A stretch of DNA of 62,479 bases, filler included, from Globobulimina sp. (Eukaryota), in assembly GCA_003354225.1 (NCBI GenBank). It is 14 parts of 14 records of this genome, joined end to end, with 100 filler letters (N's around TTAATTAATTAA, not from the genome) between each part and the next. Parts side by side here need not be neighbours in the genome. Positions count along the whole stretch, not along the records: positions 8,962 to 13,337 come from PIVH01001304.1; positions 13,438 to 17,810 come from PIVH01001305.1; positions 17,911 to 22,283 come from PIVH01001306.1; positions 22,384 to 26,755 come from PIVH01001307.1; 10 more parts are not named here. The stretch is one strand, 5' to 3'. The notes beneath the pieces were generated by a model, which ran no database searches, was not told the origin of the DNA, and saw only the letters and a list, made by a program, of their open reading frames with translations. The stretch's first letter is position 1. Each line of letters starts with the position of its first letter. A program made the position numbers and the translations under genes. Below are positions 12,715 to 24,718 of this stretch, one piece after another.

Positions 12715-12906
12715 AAATAAAATTGATTTTATTGGATTTAGTGATTTGACAATTTAGTTATTTATGATTTATTTACTATGAGTTGTGAAATAATTTTGTG
12801 TGATTTCGAGATGACTTTGTGTGGTTTCATGAAGAAACAAACCGACTCACATATACTTTGGGTATATTGATTAGATTTATTTCATCCAATAAAATCAATT
12901 TTATTT
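12715..12906. repeat. 23-bp perfect inverted repeat flanking about 146 bp (MITE-like)
   Basis: aaataaaattgattttattggat (12715-12737) and its reverse complement atccaataaaatcaattttattt (12884-12906). Confidence 0.6.
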
Positions 12907-12993
12907 CTTTTTTTTCATTTTTTGTGTTTGGACCAATGCAGCCATTTGATTTACTATAATTAAAAAAGCAGCATCCAGCCAATGATATTGATA

Positions 12994-13123
12994 TTTTATT
13001 CAAAGCATCCTCTTAATTCACCACCCACAGCGAAGCAATCTCTGTTGAGTCTCAATTTTTATTCAAAGCATCCTCTTAATTCACCACCCACAGCGAAGCA
13101 ATCTCTGTTGAGTCTCAATTTTT
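12994..13123. repeat. 63-bp tandem duplication (2 copies)
   Basis: ttttattcaaagcatcctcttaattcaccacccacagcgaagcaatctctgttgagtctcaat repeated with period 63. Confidence 0.9.
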
Positions 13124-13206
13124 GCATTCAATTTATTTTGTAATGTTTCTAAATCATTTGCATTCAAATCGAAGTTGCTGGGATTAAATGTGTGATAACT
13201 GATAAA

Positions 13207-13337
13207 ATATGCGGGGCGTCTACTTGCAACCCTCAAACATATTTAATATAATAAATGTGATATACATATGCGGGGCGTCTATTTGCAACCCTCTCAAACA
13301 TATTTAATATAATAAATGTGATATACATATGCGGGGC
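13207..13337. repeat. 59-61-bp minisatellite running off the contig end
   Basis: atatgcggggcgtcta(c/t)ttgcaaccctc...gtgatatac; gcggggc recurs at 13211, 13270 and 13331. Confidence 0.9.
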
Positions 13338-13437
13338 NNNNNNNNNNNNNNNNNNNNNNNNNNNNNNNNNNNNNNNNNNNNTTAATTAATTAANNNNNNN
13401 NNNNNNNNNNNNNNNNNNNNNNNNNNNNNNNNNNNNN

Positions 13438-15003
13438 CTATTGTCATGACAGTTGTCATTTGATAATATAATAAATAACTGATTACAAGATAAATATATA
13501 ATATTTTTAAAAATAAAACTCACAAAATCATTCAAACTAAATGTTATTGTATTATTTAAATTGTTCATATGCAAAATGTTCAGCGTTGAATAAAAAATCT
13601 TCCAACGCATCTCTCTGCGTATCTATTTTTGTGTTTTTTGTGTAAACAGATATGTTTTGTCTGGATGATGATAAACAAGACATTGAAGCCAGAATTATGA
13701 GCAATATCTGTGAAATGGGTGACATGTTTGAAAAAGATGTTGATGAACAGAAACCTTTCAGTGCAGTGCAGAACTGCTTTAAACAGATTTATTGTGACGT
13801 TTGCGAAACAATTGGCAAATCTGACAACAATGCAAATTTGGTTAGAATGTGTGTGTTTTATCTACGAAATAATCCGTTTGTTAAAGCAAAATGGCAACAA
13901 ATACGACGTACAGCAGATATTAACAAAGCAACAACAATCAGTAATAATTTATATGTGCCAGAAAGAACTGGCAGAGTTTATTTATGTCCCCCTATCAAAA
14001 GTTGCTTGCACTGTAACTCTGATTTAAATGTAAAGAAATTATCAAAATCCATTGCATTGACGACAAATGGACCAATTCATGTACGTACATTATCGTATTG
14101 TTGCCGTAGATGTTATTCCCAAACTGGACTTGAACCACAATATCATTATGATTATTATACAAATTTACATGGTAGCAATCAACGTGTACATTATTGTGGT
14201 GATTTACATGGCGTTCAATACAAATCACTGTTTTCGCAATATCTAAACAAACACGTTTGGGTTCCGAATTTTGTGCGTGTTTCCAGAGTCAGATGGTTTT
14301 CCTGGGAATTAATGCAATTTATTTCTCATTTAATGTGTGATGGTCGCTGTTCGTATTCACGTATTAACAAAATATTACATCGGACATTATATAAAAAAAA
14401 TCTCATACAATATGCGCCATTGCAAACTGTACTGTCTGAGTTAGAAACGGATCAATTATTTCCAGTACATCACGCATGGTGGAGATTACTCAAAGTATGT
14501 ACATACGTATTGATAATTGTGGTTTATTGCCACTCATTCGCACTGCTTTAGAATAAAGCGAACCATCAACATCATACTGTTTGTTTACATATAAATCTGT
14601 GTGTTTTATATAGTTTTTTATAATGTACAAAGATGAAGAGTTTGTGCACGAGAATTGGAGGAGGGAGACATTGATACAAAGTATAAGGGATCAAAATGAA
14701 GGTGTAGACATTGTTAAAAGGTGTAGAATTTGCACCTGCTTTATGTTTATATGAATAACATTTATTTAATTAATTCACAAACATTTAAATAATTTACAAT
14801 TTTTGAAAAACAGTAAATAGCCATGACAATGGTCATGACAATTGTCATAGCAATAGTCATATCACATCAAATCACAGTGATTAATGACAATAGTCATAGC
14901 AATAGTCATAGCAATAGTCATTTGAGTCTATCAAATAGCACTTGTCACAGCCTATGTCATTAGAAATAGCAATTGTCATAGCAATGGCGTTACTGGCGTT
15001 GTA
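13438..15003 (+). mobile_element. Probable internally deleted KDZ (Kyakuja-Dileera-Zisupton)-type DNA transposon
   Basis: CxC5-like ORF flanked by inverted arrays of a 12-bp GTCATGACAATT/GTCATAGCAATA unit (13438-13459 versus 14823-14985). Confidence 0.6.
13652..14754 (+). CDS. CxC5-like cysteine-cluster protein (N-terminal part of a KDZ transposase; catalytic domain absent)
   Basis: LCPPIKSCLHC...ALTTNGP...YCCRRC...YHYDYY...RVHY...PNFVRVS..WFSWELM matches the CxC5 pattern. In-frame GT-AG intron 14495-14613. Confidence 0.7.
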
Positions 15004-15080
15004 TCAATGTCTTCTAAAGCAGGTATACAATAAAACACATATATATATATATATTTACGATGTGGTCGTAAATACATAAA

Positions 15081-17528
15081 TTACTGTTCGTATAAAAAGC
15101 AATGTAACATATACACTCCAAAGTTGTGATTGATATTATTTGGCTCCTTTTCATTCACAAAACAAACTCCACGACAAGGAATTAATGATATTGCCGGAAT
15201 TTTAGATAAGGAAAGATCTTGAAAACATGATTCAATTTTATGTAACAACGATTTTGGTTCCAATGCTTCGGAATTATAATATAATCGTAAAAATACAATC
15301 GATCTTTCTGTCCAAATTGTTGTTTTATTATCATTCGAATTCATATTTTGTTTTTGTAAAATAAATCCATATCCATTTAAATATAATATCGATTGAGATA
15401 ACGCACTTTTAATCAATGTCGATATCGTATTTGCATTCTGTTGGGTTGTCAATTCGCAAATTGATACCAAACTGCACCATTTATCATATAAATTATAAAT
15501 TGTTTTTGTTTTTACACTCAAAAAATTACCAATATAATCCTGTTTATATTCCTTACAAATTGCATAAATATCCACTTTTCGCACATCATTATGCTTCTTC
15601 TTTCTTTTAATGTGAGCATATTTTAACTTCACCTTTCTTTTTATTGCATCATTATCATTATTATCAATATTATGCATATGTTGAGCTGGAACATTTGTCC
15701 TCGAATATGGTTTACATTTGCTTTCATTCAAAGTGTTGACACAATGTTGGGTCAATGACAGTGTTTGTAATTCAATTAAAGCATGTTTTGGTAAATCAGG
15801 CACATAAATCACAACTGCATTAAAATTCAAATCAGTAATAATATGTTTAAACACTGATCGTTGCACAATGCCAAATAAATATGGATCCATTTCTTTTGAT
15901 AATGTTATGCTTTCGGACTTTTCCTCGTCATATTCATCTGTTTTTGTTTTGGGCGCAGCCAATACAAATATATTATGATGAATGACAAGTGATAAATTAG
16001 AATCAAATGAAGTTAAGACAGCATTCATATTTTTCCATGTTAAATCAATTTGTTTTTCAGGTTTATGATTTTCAATCATTTTCATTGTCGCTGGTTCTAA
16101 ACCAATAACACCTGCGGCAAATATAAATTTATTTGCAATTTTGGAAGCTTACGAGTATGGGCCAATACAATTTGGTGCCCATTCCGATATACTTTGAATA
16201 TGTAAACAATCAAAAACGTTTTTATTTATTTCATTTTGTTTTTGTGTTTTATATTTATATCCCAATGCTTCTAAACTTATTTTATGTTTATGGCTGAAAT
16301 CTAATTCACAGCAAACACGTGATGGCGGATACAGTGAATTGGTAAAATATGATTTATAAAATGTATTTATTTTAGCAAATAAAGACATATCATTTACAAA
16401 TAAATGGCAATAAAATAAATGACAAATATTTAAGTCATATTCTTTTAATTTGATTGTTAATGCATTAAATAATAAATTCATTTCCGTTTTTAAATCTAAA
16501 TCTGAAATATATTTGTTATTGATTGAGACATTTGGATGTGACACAAATTGGAATATTCCATTTTTTAAACCATAATTACAAATATTTGTAGTTTTAATGG
16601 GTTGGGGTTCATAAAATGGTTTAAAATGATCAATTTTTAATAATTTCCAGTCATCTTTCTCTTCTTTGTTATCATTATTGTTTTTATCTTTGTTTTCTTT
16701 TTCAGCGTTGTGGATATTAATATTTTTTTGCTGTTCTTGCTTGCAAACTAATGATAATTTAATGAATTTAAGATAACCAGTCGGACAAATTGGATCTTTA
16801 ACATTCCCACAAATTGATGATTCATCAATGGATATTTTAAACTGTTTAAATAACGGACAATCAATGACAAATGTTTCATATTCGCCGCCTTCTCCACACA
16901 CATTCATTCCATATAACTCTCCTAATTCAGTTAATTTATTATAGATAATAGTGTCTTGAATGGATTTGTTAATGAATTCATTTGGTAATAAACCCATCGA
17001 TGCACACTTTATTATAATTGCATCAATCTTATTACTTATCATTTCTTTTAATAATATATTTTGATCCGTTCTTTGCCAAAGATATGATAAATTCACTAAA
17101 TTTAATCTCTCACAAACAGATTCAATACGTGTTCGTTGATAATTACTTAAAATGGCGCCACTTGCTACTCCTGTAATTGCTGGGTGTTTTGTTTTTATTT
17201 CTAGTAATAAACTAAATAAATCTTCTACTTCATCCATTTTGTTTTCATTCTTATTTTCATTGTCTATATTGAAATGATTATAAGAGACGGAATGTTGTTT
17301 TGATTTTCCAAGTGTTGTTTTAAAATAAAATGGTAAATCCATTGCTTTTGCAATGAATTCAATACCATTCCAACCCACCGTTTGATACATTTCTGAATCT
17401 AATTCATCGACATCTTTTGGTGCGGGTCGTAAGTTACCAATACAGACAATATCATGTCCATATTCCACACATTTCATTACATTGTAAATAGAATCTTTAC
17501 CACCACTTAAAAGTGCAACAACTTTCAT
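15081..17528 (-). CDS. DPH6: Diphthine--ammonia ligase with C-terminal RidA/YjgF-like domains, interrupted by an in-frame TAA
   Basis: MKVVALLSGGKDS, DELDSEMYQTVG, SGAILSNYQRTRIESVC, CGEGGEYET, PPSRVC, LHIQSISEWAPNCIGPYS*A...GVIGLEP. ORFs 16149..17648 and 15081..16085 are in the same frame. Confidence 0.93.
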
Positions 17529-17620
17529 TCTGTCGGAATTTGGAAGCTTAAGTTGAAAAACTTTAACTAAGTGAAAAATAATAATTAAACTATAAAAAAA
17601 AGCACAAAACAGAACAAGAT

Positions 17621-17810
17621 TCACCAAGTTATGATATTCATAAACCAATTCGTTTTATTTTGCTTAATATGCTTTCGGACATAATATTTTCTTAATTCTT
17701 CGATTACGAACAATAAAATCATAAATGGCGTAACAGAAAACCAACATGCTAGCTCTAATGGTTGTGTTCCAAATATATTCTGCAATGCTGGTTTCTGCAT
17801 CACGAAGAAA
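17621..17810 (-). CDS. C-terminus of a P-type IIC (Na+/K+- or H+/K+-like) ATPase alpha subunit
   Basis: PALQNIFGTQPL...PFMILLFVIEELRKYYVRKH...NWF...W* resembles the last TM segments and tail of P-type II ATPases. Confidence 0.7.
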
Positions 17811-18031
17811 NNNNNNNNNNNNNNNNNNNNNNNNNNNNNNNNNNNNNNNNNNNNTTAATTAATTAANNNNNNNNNNNNNNNNNNNNNNNNNNNNNNNNNN
17901 NNNNNNNNNNATATTCATATGTAACCCCTCAGAAACTGTTTGCTATCGCTTTGTGTTGGGTTTGTTCTGTAAACACAACAAGTATATCAAAAAAAACATG
18001 CTAATGTCTATGACGCATAGCTAAATGATGC

Positions 18032-18691
18032 TTATTTTACCTTGGAAAATATAGTTGTCATGGAAACATTGTTTTTATTGATTCTTTTTAAACATAAATT
18101 TTGCTGTTCATTGAAATACATTGCATATCGCATTTGTATGTTAGTATTTGTGTCAAATGACGTTCCAATGGCTTTATCATCGTTCCATATCGATGTCTTT
18201 TTGACAATATGTCCAGTATCACCTTTAATAGAATACGTTCTCCCATCAATAATCCACGTACAGTTACAATTTCCGTGGTCGTCATCTTCTTGCAATGAAA
18301 TCCCCATTGATTGATATTGATTCATTTTTAGTGCATCACCATTATGCTCGATTGTTAATGTCATATAGACGGTTTTTGCAAATTTCCTAGCAGCAAAACC
18401 GTATCCTTCATCAATTAAATAATTATCGAAATTGTCATATTTCGTCAACTGCCAAATACCGCTAAAGTTAGGAGTAACACTATGAATATCTTCAATATTT
18501 TCTTTACTTTCTACAAATATTTGAACATTCATTGTTTGTAAATATTGTTCGATATCTAATAAATTATCATCATACTCAAAAACCACTCTTTCTTTACCTA
18601 CCAAATGCATTGCAATTATTTCGTCTGCTGTTTCGTCACAAATATGTCTCATTTCTTGTATTTTTTGTTGGAACGATACCTCAGATTTCAT
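18032..18691 (-). CDS. Fatty-acid-binding-protein/lipocalin-like protein with an N-terminal extension
   Basis: NFSGIWQLTKYDNFDNYL...GYGFAARK is the FABP N-terminal signature. Confidence 0.7.
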   Translation of the reverse strand: MKSEVSFQQKIQEMRHICDETADEIIAMHLVGKERVVFEYDDNLLDIEQYLQTMNVQIFVESKENIEDIHSVTPNFSGIWQLTKYDNFDNYLIDEGYGFAARKFAKTVYMTLTIEHNGDALKMNQYQSMGISLQEDDDHGNCNCTWIIDGRTYSIKGDTGHIVKKTSIWNDDKAIGTSFDTNTNIQMRYAMYFNEQQNLCLKRINKNNVSMTTIFSKVK

Positions 18692-18953
18692 TGTAATATT
18701 TGTGCATTCATCAATGCATTCCGTTACATTATTTTTTTTTTGTGGTTAATGTTTTTAATTAGATACATAATTAATTAGATACATACCGTAAATCATCTTC
18801 ATTGCAACTCAGTAAAATTTTGTAACGAGCTGTGTGAGATCATTGCTTATTAATAATGTGCGTAAATACAGTCCTTCTGTCTGTATTATTTGAGTCATTA
18901 TCCAAGAGGTTTTTATTTACTCTCTACATCAAAAGTTAAATAAAAATGTTTGA

Positions 18954-20254
18954 TTAAAATACTTTCGGGTTTGGAAATAATACCGGGATACCACGAGTAA
19001 CTGCCTTTAATCGCAATGGCAAACATGGTCCAACTTCACCATCGCCGCCAACATCCGGTAAATCCATACGGTTTAATTCCTCTTCGTCTGTAATAATCTC
19101 ATTATTTTTATCCAATACCTCAACCACTACCTCTTTGCATCGATAATACAAAATACCTTTTTCACACAAAACATCCATGTTATTTTTTATTTTTTGCAAT
19201 CGCAGAAATAACGAAATTAATTCAATTCTGCTGTCCAATCTTTCCAATATCATAACATCCAAATATCCGTTATCTAATTTTGCAAACGGTGCGATACATA
19301 TTCCTTTGCCAAAATATTTCCCTTTCATTGCAACAAACATTTCCACACTTTTTATTAATTCCATTTTATTATTTTGTACATTGTTACTTTGCTTTTCACG
19401 ATTTCTTTGTCTTTGTAATCCATAAAAAGTAAATTTTAACTTATACTCTCTATGCTTACTCATCTCAATAAAAGCGCCAATATCATATCGCAATGCTAAT
19501 GTACCAAATATCATTTTGAAAACCTTAGAATTTGCCCAATCAGCGACTGCCGAAGGAATACCAAAATATGACTGCGATGCTGAGTATTTAAGCACTGTTT
19601 TATTGGTATTATGTTGACTAAATTCAATAACATCAATCCATTGAATCTTTTTTGAAGCTGCCTTATTTTGCGTATGTAATAAAATGTGCGTCAAATAATC
19701 TTTTAATTTTTGCTCATTGTCAGTAAATCCGTTCATTGTCAAACATAGAGAATTACCGCTGCCGCCATTCATTAATATAACTGCGATATTGCACTCTTTA
19801 TATTTTCCAACAACATATCCATTGACAAATTCATGCATTGTTCCATCGCCACCGACCACACAAAAACAATCCACTTTATATGCTAATATCTGCGCAGATT
19901 TGTTTTGTAAATATTGTGTTAAATCACCTTCGCATGTTATGGGATATACTATGGTGGAAATGTTTGATTTATGAAATAATGGTATTATTATATTTGATAC
20001 GATAGTACATGATTTGCCACCGCCTGCGCACGGATTATAAAATATTAATACCTTTTGCAATTATAATAATATGTAGGCACTCTGTATTTCTCTAAGTGCA
20101 CATAAAGGAAAGAAAAACATAGACTCACCCGTTTTAGCTCAAATTGTCCAAATTTAACATCATTTTCATATTTGATGAAAGGAGCAATAATATTCGGTGT
20201 TATTGGCCCTTTTATTTTGTAATTAAGTGAGTAATCTTGAAGCAGGTTCATCAT
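18954..20254 (-). CDS. Sphingosine/diacylglycerol-kinase family (DAGKc) lipid kinase
   Basis: IFYNPCAGGG, VVGGDGTMHE, GGSGNSL, IAPFAKLDNGYLDV, DGE. Intron 20052-20128. Confidence 0.88.
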
Positions 20255-20335
20255 GAAAGATGTACAAAAAACAAACTCTGTTTTTCGTTAATTATTAACA
20301 TCCTTTATTGCACATTCGCCTTGAAAGCAAAAACA

Positions 20336-21578
20336 ATGAATAATAATCTTACGATATCACCGAACAACGATGAAAGCAAAAACAATGATGCACAAAATGT
20401 TACGAACTTTCTATTGTGTTAATATTTTGTATCATATTTAATTATATGTCACTTTTTATGTACAATGTGCATAGATTTGTATAGCTCGCCAACAATTACG
20501 ATTTACCTCAATAAATTCAATAAATCGCAAAATAAGACCCGAAAATGTGTTGCAATTCGCTGAAAAAACAATAGAAACAATCTTAAAAACATCGGATATC
20601 TTTGAGGATGCCTTCAAATATGAATTTGATGTCTTTGAATTGCTAAACTATACAAACCGACCATTGCTAGTTTTGGGCATTTATTTATTATCCAATTCCT
20701 TTATATTTAGCAAATTATTTAATAAAAACGAAGTAAACTTATTGCAGTGTGCGCATTTCTTAGATTTATGCGAGAAATTATACCAAAACAACCCGTACCA
20801 CAACAACATCCATGCAAGCGACGTGATGCAGTTCAATGCCATCCTCTTATCCTCCAAATATGTGCAGCATAACTTCGCTGACTATGAGTGTTTAGCCGCA
20901 TTTATGTCGGCAGCGGCTCACGACATTGGCCATATTGGTAAGAATAATGATTTCCTCATCAAATCCAACCATAATTTGGCCATTCGGTACCAGCAAGTCT
21001 CGTGTTTGGAAAAGTATCACATCGAACAATTCCACCAAACCATCGCACAAAACAGCAAAGCAAATTGGATGAAGCATTTCAGCCAACAACGACAAGAATA
21101 CGTGACGCAAATCGTAGACTATGCCATAATGGGCACGGATATGGGCGTATATCACAACGCCATCAAACAGGAATTGAAAGAGAAGTACACCGCGCAATAT
21201 GTGCAAGAGTGCGATGCCAAATTGTCTGTGCAAGAAAAGAAGTTTCTGATCCGGGCAATGTTGCATTTGTCGGATATTTCCAATCCGATGCGGCCGTTTG
21301 CTGTCAGTCGCAAATGGGCGGCGAGAGTGAATGAGGAGTTTTTTATTCAGGGCGATGTGATGAAAGAGATGGGTTTGGCGGTCAGCGTTGGCTGCGATCG
21401 GCACAAAACAGATCTTGTCCAAAACCAATGTGGCTTCGTCGACTTTTGTGTGAAGCCATTGACGCAGTTATTGGCGGTGATGGTGTCTGAGTTGGAGTGG
21501 TGTTTGAATAATATTCATGAAAACGACGCCAAATGGAAGAAATTAAATGTTGAGAAATCAGAATCAGGAAGGAATTAA
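20336..21578 (+). CDS. Class I 3',5'-cyclic nucleotide phosphodiesterase (5' exon uncertain)
   Basis: NPYHNNIHASDV, AAAHDIGH.GKNN, LE.YH, GTDM, HLSDISNP, EEFFIQGD, Q.GFVDF. Splice acceptor at 20474. Confidence 0.92.
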
Positions 21579-21837
21579 ATTGTTTGTTGATGATGTTTTG
21601 TATACTTTTCGCTTACATTTTAATGTGTACATTGTGCAAATTGTAAACACGTATTTTGTTTTATTATTATTTAAGAATGTGGCTTTTTTTAATTTCTTAA
21701 TTTCAATGTATTCGTCTTCTGTTTTTTGTTGATGCGAATTCGAAGTGCCTCTTTTTGGAAAAACATTACCTTTTTGGAAAAGAACACCGTTTGTTTACAA
21801 ACTGTCACCGTCTTCAAAATACTAAGAAATCAAGAGA

Positions 21838-22283
21838 ATGAGTGCTTTTTTGCAAGAAAGTGGAGCATGTTTTGAAGGAGAAGTTCCGTTTGAATTTGAT
21901 AAATGGATTAAACAAAATGGATTACAAAATATCGAGAATATCTTATTAAAATATGGCATGAATACAGTGCATTCATTGTCCGTTCAATCTGCAGAATTTA
22001 GACAGTTTTTAGGTGATAAAGATGTCATTATAAAACATGCTCAAATGATATCAAAATTGGTGGAAGCAATGGAAACTATTCCAAAATCTGACGATTTTTC
22101 TTCGGTGATGGTAGTAACTGTGACTCAGAACGAACAAATTATTATCGATGAAACAAAAAAATATTTAAAAGCATTGGATTTGGTTGAAACTAAAATGGAT
22201 GATTTAAGACAAAAATATCCAAAAAGCATTGACAGAATAAAAGAAACGAAATATAAACAAATTCAAAATACGAAAAATAAAAA
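21838..22283 (+). CDS. SAM-like domain plus coiled-coil protein, 3'-truncated
   Basis: EFDKWIKQNGLQNIENILLKYGMNTVHSL followed by a heptad-rich segment. Confidence 0.55.
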
Positions 22284-22383
22284 NNNNNNNNNNNNNNNNN
22301 NNNNNNNNNNNNNNNNNNNNNNNNNNNTTAATTAATTAANNNNNNNNNNNNNNNNNNNNNNNNNNNNNNNNNNNNNNNNNNNN

Positions 22384-24667
22384 AGTGCAATGCCAGTGTC
22401 CTCTGTGGCGGCCATTCTCCTCCTTTCTTCTTCTCGGACGCTTACTGTCACACTAAAACATCGCGAAGCTAACGTTTCTCCGTATAGCTGCTTTACGACA
22501 TTAATCAGTGTCTGTATACACGCTGCGCTCACTTGATCTAAATTGCTTATCCAAGTCGCAGATAAAATGTCGGTTGAAATGGCAAATTCAATTGTTATTT
22601 GTCTGTCGGCTGCTGTGGATGGACATGACTCGTCGGAGATGGTTGACTCTATCACTTCTATTTCAAATGAAACAGAAAATGAGACCTCTGAATCAAACCA
22701 GCTATATGGCCATGACGTGCAGGTATATGTATATTATATTATATATATGTATATATTGACATAAACCCCAAAAACAATATATATGTACATATATACCCGG
22801 CGTTGTACGTTGCTAATGAATTAGAAAGCTGATTAGCAAAATATTGTTGCGCTTTTGTCACATCCCACTCCTCATCAAGCGTTAATTCATAAATATCACT
22901 GTTGACTTTAAATCTCATAAGAAATTGTACATCCGCATCAAAATACATTTCCAAACTCTCAACACCAACACAGCCGCAATCTAGTTCAGCATTCCAATAA
23001 TCAAAGCAATAGTAAGTATTCATAACATTATACGTTACTGCGTTGAGAAAAGAATAGCCGGCCTCCATTTTTACTGTTTCCATATTATTTTTCCAATCCA
23101 ATTGCGATATTGTATAATCCGGCTCGGGTACAATTACAGCATTCACATAATAAGAGGTCTCACCTTCGCATATGTCTCCATTTGGCGATACTACAGAACC
23201 AGAACAACCTGCGTCAATACGATATGCTATATCAAATTGCGTATAGTCAGTAACACCGTCATTATACACATCACTCTCTGTATATATATATATATATATA
23301 TTTATATATTTATCGTTTATCGTTTATCGCATAATCACAGAAACAGAAACATAAATAACAGCGTACCATACACAGTTCGCAAATCGCTATTAAATGTTAA
23401 CTCATCCGACTCGCCAATACAGCCAACAATACCAATGCCGATATTGTCCATCTCTCTGTCATTGTATATCAATGTAAGTTGCCAATAAAATTGACAATTG
23501 ACACCATCGCTACATTCTGTACCATAAATAGCTGCGGTTGAGCTTGCAAATCCAAAATACATTTCATAAAAACCCTCCCATGAGTTTTGACTCACCATCA
23601 CATCATCGATATATTGCTCCGCATTCAATACCATAACTCCTCCGTCGTGTATAGCGGCAGGCGTAATATCAGCAATATCGCCATTTACTGCATGTAGTTC
23701 CATTGTAAAACGCATCATATAGCCCTGACTGGTTAGATTTTGTAAATATACGGCCATTCCATATATATATACGCCATCTGCGCAGTCACTCGGCGCATTG
23801 ATAAATTGTACCCAGGTTGAATTTTGTTGCAACATTTGAGGATTTGTAGGTGTGGCAGAATCAAGACATGTGTACACATCAATGCACATTCCGTTGATTG
23901 TGCCGTCGCCGCAGTTCGTGGATGTACCTGTTTTGGTGTTAACATTTTTATTGTTTTTTGTTTATTGTTTATTAACAGGTTACTTAACTGGAACAATATC
24001 CATACGACGAAATAGCATTAAATTGAGGCAATTTCAAACCAAAACCAGTGGCAACAAAAGTAGTGCTACTCGAGCCAAGAAGGCCTAGCATGGTATTGGT
24101 GACTGCACCAAATGAATAATATTTTAATGTGGATGGCGCGGCGATAACGTCCATTGCTTTGGAACATTCCCACATTTTAATTGAAGTGATACCTTCGCCG
24201 ACACGGGTAATATTGATGAATATTGCAAGATTTGCAGGACACATAGCCTCTGTTGCTAAATTTAAAAATGTAAATGGAAAAGTTCCAGCAACATTGACCG
24301 TAATGTCATGATAGGTCTTCTCAAATAAGATATTCGTTTCTGCGCTCATAGGATCAAATGATAATAATGCAGATGTTTCTGCGCTCTGTGGGTCAGGGAA
24401 AAATATTACAAGCCGTAAATCCATCGATTTGATACCGCTTCCGGTTGTTATTGCAAATACAACTCGGAAGGAACTTAAACTGAATGCATCATCGTAGATT
24501 GCAGGCGCGCATACAATTGGCGAGATTGTTTGAACTAAAGCGTGCGATGTCAAATCATATTCAGATTGCCGGGAATCACCTACTTGGGCTAGTTGGCAGT
24601 CTTGACTTTGGATTTGAATAACTGCTGACAATAACGACACTAAAAATATTGCAATCGTGGTTGCCAT
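22384..24667 (-). CDS. Large secreted/cell-surface protein, at least 4 exons, 3'-truncated
   Basis: Signal peptide MATTIAIFLVSLLSAVIQIQS. ORFs at 23984, 23335, 22739 and 22332 are joined in frame by GT-AG introns. Cys pairs and an RRRM motif are present. Confidence 0.7.
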
Positions 24668-24718
24668 TGTAGTGAGTAAGTAAAATAAAAAGGTTTTGCT
24701 CAGATTACTAACGCTTTG

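Noticed and set aside
12994-13337. CRISPR-like array
   Set aside because: Units are contiguous tandem copies with no unique spacers, there are no cas genes, and the context is eukaryotic.
22723-22796. Possible non-canonical GT-AC intron with inverted ends (introner-like)
   Set aside because: A canonical in-frame AG acceptor (ccatatag|ctgg) lies about 20 nt further on, and the inverted ends are low-complexity AT repeats.
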